From positions 8,793-72,792 of the forward strand of contig JANPEF010000028.1 of NCBI GenBank assembly GCA_031431875.1: 64,000 nt of DNA, written 5' to 3'. The notes under the pieces are model-generated. The model was not told where the DNA came from and made no database searches. It saw nothing but the letters and a program-made list of their open reading frames with translations. Shown piece by piece: positions 45,913-57,338 of the stretch; the stretch's first letter is position 1, and each line of letters starts with the position of its first letter. The stretch is from Candidatus Eiseniibacteriota bacterium (lineage in GTDB: Bacteria > Eisenbacteria > RBG-16-71-46 > DASYSL01). A program made the position numbers and the translations under genes.

Positions 45913-46722
45913 TCACTCGTCCGGCTGGGGCTCCAGGTCCCAATCCAGCGAGAACCTGAAATCGGTGTCGGGCTCCCAGTCCGTGCGCTTCCATTCCAAT
46001 CCATCGAACGTCCAGCGTGCATCCGGCGGGACGATGCCCACGCGGACCGCGTAGTCGTCGCGATTGATCGCGCGGTCGCGCAGCAGACTCGTGACCATCG
46101 TCCCGAGGTGAATCCGGAACGTGGCGCGGCCGATCGTGCCGGCCCACAGTGCCGCGGGACGGGCAAAGTAGTCGAAGTGGCGGTTGTCGGCGGACCCTTC
46201 CGAGCCGCCCGACCACTCGATCACATACTCGATCTCGACGTGCGTGGTCTCCCCTCCGGGAATCGAGACGTTCCACACCGGGAGCGAATCGGGGTCGGCC
46301 ATCTCGAAGCGAGCCCATTGCGCGCTGTCGGCGCGTTCCATGCGCACGGGGACGTCCTGGCCGCGGACGCGCACGCGCATGCCGGAGGGGACTCCGGGCC
46401 GGGGCGCCCAGCTCGCCGCGCTCGCCCCGACGAACGACATGGCGAAGCTGCGGGTTCGGCCCGAGAGGTTCACGAGCCGGTAGAAGCACTCCGCCCGACC
46501 TGTCTCGTAGTCGTCCGTGAGCGGGAGATGCAGGTCGACCGATTCCGAGAGGAGGCGGACGTCCGGGTTGGCGAGCGGGACGATGCTCCCGCCGTTGAAT
46601 CCGATCGTGGGTCCGTTGGCGTGTCCGCTCGATGCCGGCAGGTGCACCAGCACGGCGACGAGGGCAAGACCGCACGCACGAGCGTGCAGGCGGACGTGGT
46701 GGGATCGGGGTAGGATGCGCAT
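45913..46722 (-). CDS. Exported hypothetical protein (DUF4424-like)
   Basis: Signal peptide ending GHA; N..GGSIVP...[23 protein letters not shown]. Confidence 0.6.
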   Translation of the reverse strand: MRILPRSHHVRLHARACGLALVAVLVHLPASSGHANGPTIGFNGGSIVPLANPDVRLLSESVDLHLPLTDDYETGRAECFYRLVNLSGRTRSFAMSFVGASAASWAPRPGVPSGMRVRVRGQDVPVRMERADSAQWARFEMADPDSLPVWNVSIPGGETTHVEIEYVIEWSGGSEGSADNRHFDYFARPAALWAGTIGRATFRIHLGTMVTSLLRDRAINRDDYAVRVGIVPPDARWTFDGLEWKRTDWEPDTDFRFSLDWDLEPQPDE

Positions 46723-46792
46723 GCGCTCTCCGGACGCTCCGCGGGCACGGCACGATGACGGAGCGCGAGGAAGCTACACCCGGGGACTCCTG

Positions 46793-48712
<1,920 letters not shown>

Positions 48713-48736
<24 letters not shown>

Positions 48737-48988
48737 GCCGGGCACTTCGCTTGCCGCCAGCAATCCCGCGATGCTCAGGTCCTCATCGACATCCGGCCAG
48801 TGGATCCCCTCGCCCTGACCCAGCAACGTCCAGCGATTGCGAGATTCGGGAGTTGCGTTGAGGAGACGAGGAAACCAGACAAGCGGGACGCTCAGCGAAC
48901 GTCCGTCCGCCAGCTCGACGGTCAATTCATCATCACTCACTCTGACCGCGCGCGCTCGCGCGCTAGGAGTCGGAATCGAAGTACTCAT
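48713..48988 (-). CDS. DUF2442-domain protein (putative antitoxin)
   Basis: VELADGR..SVPLVWFPRL..AT; GIHWPDVDEDLS. Confidence 0.85.
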
Positions 48989-49208
48989 GCCAGGCGTCCT
49001 CCAACCGCTGTGCCTCCGTCTCCACAACCCGCTGAATCCTGCGAAGCTCTCCCGCCCCGAACCCGCTCGACGACGCGAGCTCCACGGGGCTCAGCCAGAA
49101 CTTCGCCAGTGAATCATCACGCTCGACGTGGATGTGCGGGGGTTCTGTCCCCTCGTTGCTGAAGAAGAAGAGGCGGTAGGGGCCGATCCGCAGCACCGTC
49201 GGTGACAT
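48963..49208 (-). CDS. DUF4160-domain protein (putative toxin)
   Basis: PTVLRIGPYRLFFFSNE..EPPHIHV, AKFWL. Confidence 0.85.
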   Translation of the reverse strand: MSPTVLRIGPYRLFFFSNEGTEPPHIHVERDDSLAKFWLSPVELASSSGFGAGELRRIQRVVETEAQRLEDAWHEYFDSDS

Positions 49209-49252
49209 GCGAATGAGGATACCACGGCCGGCCATGCCTTGCGTTCGCCCCC

Positions 49253-49510
49253 TCAGGGAGTCCGGCGCATCTCCTCGCGGCCGAGCCGCCTCACCAGCCC
49301 GATCCCCGCGACCAGCGCCCACGTCCCCTCGAGCAGGACGAACGGCAGGAAGTGGATCATCCACGACGACCATCCGGCGAGGCACGCCCCGACGAAATTG
49401 AGCAGCAAGTAGGGGACGTCGTTGGCGGCCATGCGTCCGGCGAGGTTGAGCAGAAACGCGATGAGCATCAGGATCACGCCGACGAAGCCGACGATCGTGG
49501 GGAAATCCAT
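49253..49510 (-). CDS. Small membrane protein (CBU_0592-like)
   Basis: Three TM segments; YLLLNFVG..PFVLLEGTW. Confidence 0.7.
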   Translation of the reverse strand: MDFPTIVGFVGVILMLIAFLLNLAGRMAANDVPYLLLNFVGACLAGWSSWMIHFLPFVLLEGTWALVAGIGLVRRLGREEMRRTP

Positions 49511-49515
49511 GCCGC

Positions 49516-51225
49516 TCACGCTGCGTCCCCGTCGTTGATTCGCGCCGTATCGGGCGGCTCGGTCGGCCGGGCGAACACGGTCTTCGAACGCGTCACCTCG
49601 GCGAGTCCGGCGGGGGCCTTGCGCGGTTTGCGCACGAACTTCTTCTCGGTCACCGTCACCGGCACCGTCCCGGCGTTGCGCGCCTGCGAGTAGAACGCGG
49701 CCCATCCTGCAACTTCGGTGAGCGTCGCCTTGCTCGGCTCGTTCGGTCCCTTGCCGCGACGCAGGACGACGTGCGATCCCGGCGAGCCGTGCACGTGCAT
49801 CCACACGTCCTCGGGTCGCGCCAGGCGATGCGTCAGGTGGTCGTTCCCCAGGTTGCTCTTGCCGATCCACACTTCCCAGCCCTCGCTGGTCTTGTAGCGC
49901 CGCGGCTCCAGTGCGCTCGGGATCGCCGGGCGGCCCTTGCCCTGCGCGCGCTTCGGGGTGGCGGCGCCCGAGGTCGCGCGACGAGGCGCTGCCGCCGTTG
50001 GCGGCGAGATCTCGCCGCGCTCCACGGCCGCGACAACAGCACGGGCGGCGACCAGCTCCGCGCGCGCCGCGTCGATCAGCTCCGGCGCGCGCTCGGCCGC
50101 GCGTTCGAGCTTGCCGGCGCGGGTGAACAGGCGATCGGCGTTCTCGTGCGGGCGCAGCTTCGGGTCGAGCGCGATCTCGAACGTGCGCGACGGATCGGCC
50201 GGGTCGGGCAGCGTGACGCTCGCCGCGCCGCGCACGACCCGCGGCAGGAACGCGACCATGGCGCGGGCGCGGGCGCGCACGTCGGCGGCCTCGGCGGCAC
50301 CCGCGATGTCGTCCGTCAGCGCGGCGACCGTGCGCTCGAGCTTCTTGACCCGCGCCTTCGCCGCGGCCAGCGCGTCGGCGTCGACCGGATCGGGCAATGC
50401 ACGGCCGAGGGAGCGTGCCGCCTCGTTCCACGAGGGATGCGGCTCGTCGCACGGCTCGGTGGCGAACACGTGGGCGCCGATCGACGGTTCGCTCCACACC
50501 ATGCCCGCGATCGACTTCGAGGCGACGTCGTAGGAGCGGCCGGCCCACTCGCGCAGCGTCGCGGCCATCGTCTCGTCGGGCTCGCAGCGATCGTCGAGGA
50601 TCATCGCCGGGAGGCACCGGGCGAGCCCCTCGAGCGTTCCCTTCGGAAATCCGGCGCAGCGTCGCGCCAGCGCATGAAGGCGCTCGTCTGCCGGCACGCC
50701 GTGGAAGATCGATGCGAGAGTCGGCGCGTCGATCGTGGTGGGATCGACCAGCAGCGTGGACGGCGGTGGCGGATACGGCGCATCGGGTTCGATCGCCGTG
50801 CGCTTGGTCGAAGCCTTGCGCACACGCGCACACCACACGATGCGCCGCCCGGTCTCCTCGACGATCACGTTGCCCGGGGCCCACAGCTCGACATGCAGGC
50901 GGAGCAGGCGCCCACCGGGCGCCTCGGTGTCGAGGCTGAACCCTCGATCCAGTGGCAGCGCCGCGACATCTGTGACGCTCGCCCCCTCAGGCGGGCGGTA
51001 GACGAAGTCGCGACCGCCGTCGCGTCCGGCCTCCTCGAGCCAGGCCCACAGCGGCGCGGCCAGCCGCAGTCGCAGCGCAAACCGCCGGCCCGGCCGCACG
51101 CCGTCGGGGGCGCGGTCGAAGATCGCGGCGAAGCCGGCGCGGGTGGGAAACAGGCCGGCCCAGGCGGCGCCAAGGAGCTCGCTGCGCCAGCCGGGAACCA
51201 GTCGGGAGAGGACGAGGGGATCCAT
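49516..51225 (-). CDS. rqcH: NFACT/RqcH (FbpA-like) ribosome quality control protein
   Basis: IALDP..PHENA; IGKSNLGNDHLT, WMHVHGSPGSHVV, VRKPRKAPAG; N-terminal half divergent. Confidence 0.8.
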   Translation of the reverse strand: MDPLVLSRLVPGWRSELLGAAWAGLFPTRAGFAAIFDRAPDGVRPGRRFALRLRLAAPLWAWLEEAGRDGGRDFVYRPPEGASVTDVAALPLDRGFSLDTEAPGGRLLRLHVELWAPGNVIVEETGRRIVWCARVRKASTKRTAIEPDAPYPPPPSTLLVDPTTIDAPTLASIFHGVPADERLHALARRCAGFPKGTLEGLARCLPAMILDDRCEPDETMAATLREWAGRSYDVASKSIAGMVWSEPSIGAHVFATEPCDEPHPSWNEAARSLGRALPDPVDADALAAAKARVKKLERTVAALTDDIAGAAEAADVRARARAMVAFLPRVVRGAASVTLPDPADPSRTFEIALDPKLRPHENADRLFTRAGKLERAAERAPELIDAARAELVAARAVVAAVERGEISPPTAAAPRRATSGAATPKRAQGKGRPAIPSALEPRRYKTSEGWEVWIGKSNLGNDHLTHRLARPEDVWMHVHGSPGSHVVLRRGKGPNEPSKATLTEVAGWAAFYSQARNAGTVPVTVTEKKFVRKPRKAPAGLAEVTRSKTVFARPTEPPDTARINDGDAA

Positions 51226-51291
51226 GGGTTGTATTGTGGCGGACGGCCGCGTGCGTGGGAACCCCCCCGTCCCGGCCCGGAGGAAAGCTCG

Positions 51292-51609
51292 ATGGCGTGG
51301 TGTCAGAAGTGCAGCGAGGAGTTCCCGTACCGCTCGGGCGACGTGGTCGGGCGCACGCGGACGTGCGAGCAGTGCGACGCGGACCTGCACGCCTGTGTCC
51401 AGTGCGACCACCACGACTCGCGGGCGAACAACCAGTGCCGCGAGCCGAACTCCGATCGCGTCGAGAACCGGACGGCGTCGAACTTCTGCGACTTCTACCG
51501 CCCGAAAGCGCGGCCGCCGGTGGCGCGCGGCGCAGGCCAGGCGAAGGACGCGGACTCGCGCTCGAAGCTCGAGGGGTTGTTCCGCAAGAAGGGATCCGAG
51601 GGATCCTAG
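51292..51609 (+). CDS. Cys-rich conserved hypothetical protein
   Basis: GAGGA RBS; CQKC, CEQC, HACVQC, CRE, NFCDFY. Confidence 0.75.
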   Translation: MAWCQKCSEEFPYRSGDVVGRTRTCEQCDADLHACVQCDHHDSRANNQCREPNSDRVENRTASNFCDFYRPKARPPVARGAGQAKDADSRSKLEGLFRKKGSEGS

Positions 51610-51738
51610 CGGCGGGGAACCGCGCCCACGGCGACGATCGACCCCAGGTTGTCGAGCGGGACATAGGCGAGCGTGAGGGCGATCCCGTCGTGGCGCGCGA
51701 CGAGTGCCCCGAGTCGCCTCAGGCGCCCGGTCGGGTCG

Positions 51739-52929
51739 TCAGGCACGCGTCGCGATGCGCAGCTTCGACATCGCACCGGTCAGCGCGTCGATCAGGCGAT
51801 CGACGTCGGCCTCGGTCGTCGGGCGACCGAACGAGAAGCGCAGGCAGGCGCCCTCGCCGGTGCCCATCGCGCACAGCACGTGCGAGGGGCCACCGTCCTT
51901 CGAGTGACAGGCCGATCCCGCCGACACCGAGATACCCTCCGCCGACAGCGCGCCGTGCAGCGTCTCGGTCGGCGCGCCGCGGAAGCACACGTTGACGATG
52001 TATGGGGCGCGCTTCGCATAGGGTGCCGTCTCGTCGGCGACGCCGTTGAGGTGCGCGTCGGGAAAGCGCGCGCCGACGGTGGCGAGGAAGCGCGCCGCGA
52101 GTGCCGCGTAGTGCACCATGTCGGCCTCGCGCGTCTGCTCCAGCAGGCGCGCCGCCTCGGCGAGTCCCACGATCCCCGGCACGTTGTGGGTGCCCGAGCG
52201 CAGGCCGCTTTCCTGGCCGCCGCCGGTGATCACCGGCAGGAGCTTCGTGCCGGGGCGGACGAACAGCGCGCCGACGCCCTTGGGCCCGTAGATCTTGTGC
52301 GCGGCGACCGCGATGAGGTCGACGTCGGGCCACGCGTCGAACGAGACCTTGTAGCGCCCGAACGACTGCACGGCATCGACGTGAACCAGCGTGCGGGGAT
52401 TCCTGGCTTTGACCAGGCGGGAGAGTTCGACGATCGGCTGCACGGCGCCGGTTTCGTTGTTCACGTGCATGATCGAGACGATCACGGTGCCCTCATCGAC
52501 GAGCGCCGCCACGGCCGCCGGATCGACGCGCCCGTCGGGGCCGACGGGGGCGATCCGCGCCTCGCAACCCTCGTCCTCCATGCATCGCGCGGTCTCGAGC
52601 ACCGCGTGATGCTCGACCGCCGAGAGGACGACCGAGCGCTTCGCCGTTCCGTCCGGTGCGGCCTTCGCTGCATGGAGCGCTCCGCGCAGCGCGAGCACGT
52701 CGGCCTCGGTGCCACCGGCGGTGAAGATCACGCCGGTCGGCGGGATGCCGAGGATCGCGCCCAGCGTCCGCCGCGCCGCGCCCACGCCCTGGTTCGCCTC
52801 GAGCCCCGCCGCGTGGACCGACGACGGATTGGCGAACTTCTCGGTGAACCAGGGGAGCATGGCCGTGAGTACTTCGGGCCGGACCGGGGTGGTGGCGCTG
52901 TAGTCGAGATAGAGAGGGGGCTGGCTCAT
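51739..52929 (-). CDS. iscS: Cysteine desulfurase (IscS/NifS type)
   Basis: YLDYSATTP, NPSS, AHKIYGPKG, RSGT.N, SAGSACHS. Confidence 0.9.
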   Translation of the reverse strand: MSQPPLYLDYSATTPVRPEVLTAMLPWFTEKFANPSSVHAAGLEANQGVGAARRTLGAILGIPPTGVIFTAGGTEADVLALRGALHAAKAAPDGTAKRSVVLSAVEHHAVLETARCMEDEGCEARIAPVGPDGRVDPAAVAALVDEGTVIVSIMHVNNETGAVQPIVELSRLVKARNPRTLVHVDAVQSFGRYKVSFDAWPDVDLIAVAAHKIYGPKGVGALFVRPGTKLLPVITGGGQESGLRSGTHNVPGIVGLAEAARLLEQTREADMVHYAALAARFLATVGARFPDAHLNGVADETAPYAKRAPYIVNVCFRGAPTETLHGALSAEGISVSAGSACHSKDGGPSHVLCAMGTGEGACLRFSFGRPTTEADVDRLIDALTGAMSKLRIATRA

Positions 52930-52978
52930 GGGTGGAGAATAGCCCCGCCTCGGGGCGGCGGACAAGGTGGCCCGCCGC

Positions 52979-53305
52979 TCACGCCTGCTCGGCCGCGAGC
53001 AGGGCCGCGAAGTCGGCGAACTGCGTCGACCACGGGTCGCGCTGCTGCTCGATCCAGGTGGCCACGGCTGCGAGCGGCGCCCGATCGAGCGAGAGGAGGT
53101 GTTCCCGGCCCACCCTGCGCCGGCGGATGAGCCGTGCCCGCTCAAGGACCCGCAAGTGCTTCGATACCGCATTGAGGGACATGGGGAACGGGCGGGCGAG
53201 GTCGGTGACCCGGACCTCGGCGTCGCCCAGCCGCTCGAGGAGGGCGCGGCGGGTCTTGTCCCCGAGCGCAGCGAGGGTTCGGTCCAGGTCGGGTTCGGGC
53301 TCCAT
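52979..53305 (-). CDS. ArsR-family regulator
   Basis: AALGDKTRRALL, SLNAVSKHLRVLERA. Confidence 0.88.
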   Translation of the reverse strand: MEPEPDLDRTLAALGDKTRRALLERLGDAEVRVTDLARPFPMSLNAVSKHLRVLERARLIRRRRVGREHLLSLDRAPLAAVATWIEQQRDPWSTQFADFAALLAAEQA

Positions 53306-53310
53306 AAGTC

Positions 53311-53338
53311 CAATATTCAACCAAAAGGATGAATATTG
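53311..53338. promoter_or_regulatory. Palindromic operator overlapping the arsR promoter
   Basis: CAATATTCA-accaaaagga-TGAATATTG immediately upstream of the ATG. Confidence 0.7.
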
Positions 53339-53403
53339 CAACTGCATTCTTTGCTTCACCTTCCGAACGTGCCAACCGAGATGCCTGCCTCCGGCGAGCT
53401 AAG

Positions 53404-53432
53404 TTGACTTTGGCCCCTCAGTGACGTAGTTT
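53404..53432 (+). promoter_or_regulatory. Sigma70-type promoter of the yicC-gmk operon
   Basis: TTGACT-17nt-TAGTTT. Confidence 0.65.
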
Positions 53433-53454
53433 CCGGCCTCTCGGGAGGGGACAC

Positions 53455-54333
53455 ATGATTCGCAGCATGACCGGCTACGGCGCGGCGGAGCGGGCGACGG
53501 AGGCAGGACGCCTCAGTGCCGAAATCCGCAGCGTGAATCACCGCTATTGTGAAATCTCCCTTCGACTTCCGCGATCCATCGCCGGTCTCGAGGGGGCCGT
53601 CCGGGCCTACCTGACCGAGCGCCTCGCCCGGGGCAAGATCAACCTGACCGTTACCTGGGAAGGCTACGAAGAGGACGGCGGTCGCCTCAAGGTGAACCAC
53701 GCCGTGGCGCAGCAGGTCGTCGCCGCCCTCACCGAGCTCAAGACCAAGTACGATCTGGGAGGCGAGGTCGACGCGCGTTCGGTCGCGACGATGCCCGACG
53801 TCCTCACCTGGGAACGGCCGGCCGGCGACGACGAGAAGCGCTGGACCGAGCTCAAGGTCGTGCTCGAGGCCGTGGTCGAGAACATGGCGAGCATGAAGCA
53901 GCGCGAGGGCCAGTCGCTCGAGAACGAGTTCGAGACGCGCCTCAAGGCGATCGAACGGCTGCTCGCCCGTGCCGAGGAGCGCGCGCCCCTGCGCCCGAAG
54001 GAGGCGCAGGAGCGCATGCTCGCCCGGCTCAAGCCGCTGCTCGGCGACATCCCGGTCGATCCGGTGCGCGTTGCGCAGGAAATCGCGTTTCTCGCCGAGC
54101 GGCTCGACTGCACCGAGGAGTGCGTGCGCCTGCGCGCCCACCTGAGCCAGTTCCGGCGGCTGTTCACCGACGCCGAGCCCGCGGGACGGAAGCTCAACTT
54201 CCTCCTGCAGGAAATGAACCGCGAGGTGAACACGATCGGCTCCAAGGGCAACGACGCGATCATCGCCGAGGTCGTGATCGAGTTGAAGGATGAGGTCGAG
54301 AAGGTCCGCGAGCAGGTGCAGAATGTCGAGTGA
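53455..54333 (+). CDS. yicC: YicC/YloC family endoribonuclease
   Basis: MIRSMTGYG, SVNHRY, GRKLNFLLQEMNREVNTIGSK, REQVQNVE. Confidence 0.95.
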   Translation: MIRSMTGYGAAERATEAGRLSAEIRSVNHRYCEISLRLPRSIAGLEGAVRAYLTERLARGKINLTVTWEGYEEDGGRLKVNHAVAQQVVAALTELKTKYDLGGEVDARSVATMPDVLTWERPAGDDEKRWTELKVVLEAVVENMASMKQREGQSLENEFETRLKAIERLLARAEERAPLRPKEAQERMLARLKPLLGDIPVDPVRVAQEIAFLAERLDCTEECVRLRAHLSQFRRLFTDAEPAGRKLNFLLQEMNREVNTIGSKGNDAIIAEVVIELKDEVEKVREQVQNVE

Positions 54334-54970
54334 GCGGGCCGAGGCGCCGTCGCGCTTCTCGCGTCGCGGCTTCCTCGTCGTCGTCTCGGGCCCGTCGGGC
54401 GTGGGGAAGACCTCGTTCTGCACGCACCTGCTCGAGACGCGCCGGGACGCCATCCGCTCGGTCTCGGCGACGACGCGCGCACCGCGGCCCGGCGAGGTCG
54501 ACGGTCGCGACTACTTCTACCTCGCCGCCGACGGGTTCGCCGCCCGCGCGGCCGCCGGCGAGTTCCTCGAGCACGCCGACGTGCACGGGCATCGCTACGG
54601 CACGCCGCGCCGCTTCGTCGACGAGCAGGTCGGGGCGGGGCGCATCGTGCTGCTGAACATCGACGTGCAGGGCGGCGTGCAGGTGAAGGAGCGCTACCTC
54701 GACTCGGTCGCCATCTTCGTCTGGCCGCCGTCGGTCGATGCGCTCAAGGTCCGCCTGATGGCCCGCGCGCAGGACGACCCGGCCGAGATCGCGCGCCGCC
54801 TGGCCGATGCGCCCGGCGAACTCGCGCAGTATGGACGGTACGATTACATCGTGGTGAACGAGGACCTGCCCGCGGCGCTGTCCCGCGTGTCGGCGATCGT
54901 CGAAGCGGAACGGGCGCGCGTCTCGCGCCTGGTGCCCGCGGATTCCCTGACGCACACGGAGGAACGGTGA
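54323..54970 (+). CDS. gmk: Guanylate kinase
   Basis: SGPSGVGKT, TTRAPRPGEVDGRDY, YGTP, IDVQG. Confidence 0.95.
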   Translation: MSSERAEAPSRFSRRGFLVVVSGPSGVGKTSFCTHLLETRRDAIRSVSATTRAPRPGEVDGRDYFYLAADGFAARAAAGEFLEHADVHGHRYGTPRRFVDEQVGAGRIVLLNIDVQGGVQVKERYLDSVAIFVWPPSVDALKVRLMARAQDDPAEIARRLADAPGELAQYGRYDYIVVNEDLPAALSRVSAIVEAERARVSRLVPADSLTHTEER

Positions 54971-55224
54971 ACAATCGTGTCTCGCTGGTGATGAACATGC
55001 CCACGGGTGCCAACAAGTACGAAATCGCGATCGTCGCAGCGCGCGAGGCGCGTCGCCTCAACAACCACCTGCGGCTGCACGGCGAGACCGAGACGTCGAG
55101 CGCCAAGGTGACGACGATCGCGCTGGCCTCGACGCTGCAGGGCGAGGTGCCGTTCCAGTACGTCACCGGCCGCCCGTTGCCCGCCGAGTCGCAGCCGACG
55201 CCGCCGTCGGTCGACGCGGAGTAA
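54967..55224 (+). CDS. rpoZ: RNA polymerase omega subunit
   Basis: NKYEIAIVAAREARRL; lies between gmk and coaBC. Confidence 0.75.
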   Translation: MNNRVSLVMNMPTGANKYEIAIVAAREARRLNNHLRLHGETETSSAKVTTIALASTLQGEVPFQYVTGRPLPAESQPTPPSVDAE

Positions 55225-55227
55225 ACC

Positions 55228-56499
55228 GTGCTCGCCGGCAAGACGGTCGTCCTCGGCGTGACCGGGGGCATCGCGGCCTACAAGGCCGCCGAGATCGTCC
55301 GCTGGCTGCGCAAGGAAGACGCCGCCGTCGTCGTGGTGATGACCGCCGCGGCACGCCAGTTCATCACGCCGCTCACGCTCGCCACGCTGTCAGGCAACCC
55401 CGTGCTCGACGACCTGTGGGGGCCCGAGCAGGCGCTCACCTTCGGCCGGGCCCGCCCCGCCGATCGGGTGAGTCCGATCGAGCACATCGAGGTGGCCGAC
55501 GCGGCCGACCTGGTGCTCATCGCACCCGCCACCGCCGACCTGATCGCGCGCGCGGCGCACGGCCACGGCGATGACCTGCTGAGCACCATCCTGCTCGCCA
55601 CGCGCGCGCCCGTCGTCTTCGCCCCCGCGATGAACGTGCAGATGTGGGCCAACCCGATCGTGCAGGAAAACGTCGCGCGCTTGCGCGCCCACGGCAGCCG
55701 CTTCGTCGAACCCGAATCGGGCGAACTCGCCTGCGGCTGGGAGGGGCGCGGCCGCCTGGCGTCACTCGAGGCGATCGCCGCCACGGTGCGCGCCGCACTC
55801 GCGGTGCCGGGCCCGCTGACCGGTCGCCACGTCGTCGTCACCGCCGGGCCCACCGTCGAGCCGCTCGATCCCGTGCGCGCGTTGACCAACCACTCGAGCG
55901 GCAAGATGGGCTTCGCGCTCGCCGCCGCCGCCCGCGAAGCCGGCGCGCGCGTGACGCTCATCCACGGGCCGGTCGCGCTGGCGCCGCCCACGGGCGTCGA
56001 GGCCGTCGCCGTGACGACGGCGCGGTCGATGGACACCGCACTCCGGAAGGCCGCGCGCACTGCCGACGCCGTGCTCATGGCCGCCGCCGTCGCCGACTGG
56101 CGGCCCGCGACCGTCGCTGCGCAGAAGCTGAAGAAGGGCGCGGCGAAATCGCTGACGCTGACGCTCGTGCCCAACCCCGACCTGCTGGCCACGCTGCCGC
56201 GCCGTCCGGGCATGAAGGTCGTGGGCTTCGCCGTCGAGACCGAGCGCGAACTCGCCGGTGCGCGCGCCAAGCTCACGGCCAAGAAGTGCGACCTGCTGGT
56301 GCTCAACAACCCGACGAAGGCCGGCTCCGAGTTCGGAGGCGACACCAACGAGATCACCATCCTCGATGCGAAGGGCGGCGCCGAGCGCCTCCCGGTGATG
56401 GACAAGGCGCAGGCCGCCGCGCGCGTCGTCGCCCGGCTGGCCGCGCTGTTCGGCGGTACGAAGGTCGCCGGGAGGGGTGGGACGCGTGGCCGAGCGTGA
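55228..56499 (+). CDS. coaBC: Bifunctional phosphopantothenoylcysteine decarboxylase/ligase
   Basis: GGIAAYK, APAMN, LACG..G.GR, TAGPT.E.LDPVR, SSGKMG, GFAVET. Confidence 0.95.
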   Translation: MLAGKTVVLGVTGGIAAYKAAEIVRWLRKEDAAVVVVMTAAARQFITPLTLATLSGNPVLDDLWGPEQALTFGRARPADRVSPIEHIEVADAADLVLIAPATADLIARAAHGHGDDLLSTILLATRAPVVFAPAMNVQMWANPIVQENVARLRAHGSRFVEPESGELACGWEGRGRLASLEAIAATVRAALAVPGPLTGRHVVVTAGPTVEPLDPVRALTNHSSGKMGFALAAAAREAGARVTLIHGPVALAPPTGVEAVAVTTARSMDTALRKAARTADAVLMAAAVADWRPATVAAQKLKKGAAKSLTLTLVPNPDLLATLPRRPGMKVVGFAVETERELAGARAKLTAKKCDLLVLNNPTKAGSEFGGDTNEITILDAKGGAERLPVMDKAQAAARVVARLAALFGGTKVAGRGGTRGRA

Positions 56500-57289
56500 C
56501 GACGTCAGGAGCCTGGCCCGCGCGACACGGCAGGCCATCGAGCGCGAGGCCGAGCGCGGCCGCGGCGACCTGTGGGCGATCGCGGCGGGGGAGCCGGTGA
56601 TTCCGCGCGCAGCTCGCGCGGCCGGAAAGGCCGCGCAGGCTTCAACGGCGAAGCACCCGACCGCGGCAACCGGGATCGACACGCTCGAGCCGCCGCCCGT
56701 GTCCCCCCCCGGCGATACACTCGAGAGGATCGCCGCCGAGGTCCGGGCCTGCACCAGGTGCGGGCTGCACGAGACGCGAACACAAGCCGTGCCCGGTGTC
56801 GGTCGCGGGACCACGGGCATCGTCTTCGTCGGCGAAGCTCCGGGCGCCGAGGAGGATCGTCGCGGCGAACCGTTCGTCGGCCGCTCCGGCGACCTCCTGA
56901 CCAGGATCATCGCGGCGATGGACGAGAAGCAGCTCATCCCGGGAGTGACGGTGTCGCGCGAGGCGGCGTTCATCGGCAACGTGCTCAAGTGCCGACCGCC
57001 CGAGAATCGCAACCCGTTGCCGCACGAGATCGAGACCTGCAGCCCGTACCTGCGTCGCCAGCTCGCGCTGCTGCGCCCGCGCGTCATCGTCTGCCTGGGC
57101 AAGTTCGCCGCCGAGCTGCTGGTCGGCGCCAAGGGCACGATCGCCGGTATGCGCGGCACCGTGTACCGCTACGCAGATTCGAAATTGATCGTCACCTACC
57201 ACCCGGCCGCCTGCCTGCGGAACCCCGCGTACAAGCGCCCGGTCTGGGAGGACATGCAGCTCCTCGCCCGCGAGTATATGTCGGCGTAG
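56486..57289 (+). CDS. Uracil-DNA glycosylase family 4
   Basis: CTRCGL, GEAPG, KCRPPENR, TYHPA. Confidence 0.92.
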   Translation: MAERDDVRSLARATRQAIEREAERGRGDLWAIAAGEPVIPRAARAAGKAAQASTAKHPTAATGIDTLEPPPVSPPGDTLERIAAEVRACTRCGLHETRTQAVPGVGRGTTGIVFVGEAPGAEEDRRGEPFVGRSGDLLTRIIAAMDEKQLIPGVTVSREAAFIGNVLKCRPPENRNPLPHEIETCSPYLRRQLALLRPRVIVCLGKFAAELLVGAKGTIAGMRGTVYRYADSKLIVTYHPAACLRNPAYKRPVWEDMQLLAREYMSA

Positions 57290-57338
57290 CCAGGTTTTCG
57301 GTGAAGTACCCGGATGACGTGCCGAAGGGGGTGATCTC

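Noticed and set aside
51610..51738. Possible gene remnant on the - strand (…DGIALTLAYVPLDNLGSIVAVGAVPRR*)
   Set aside because: No start codon or recognisable family; too short to support.
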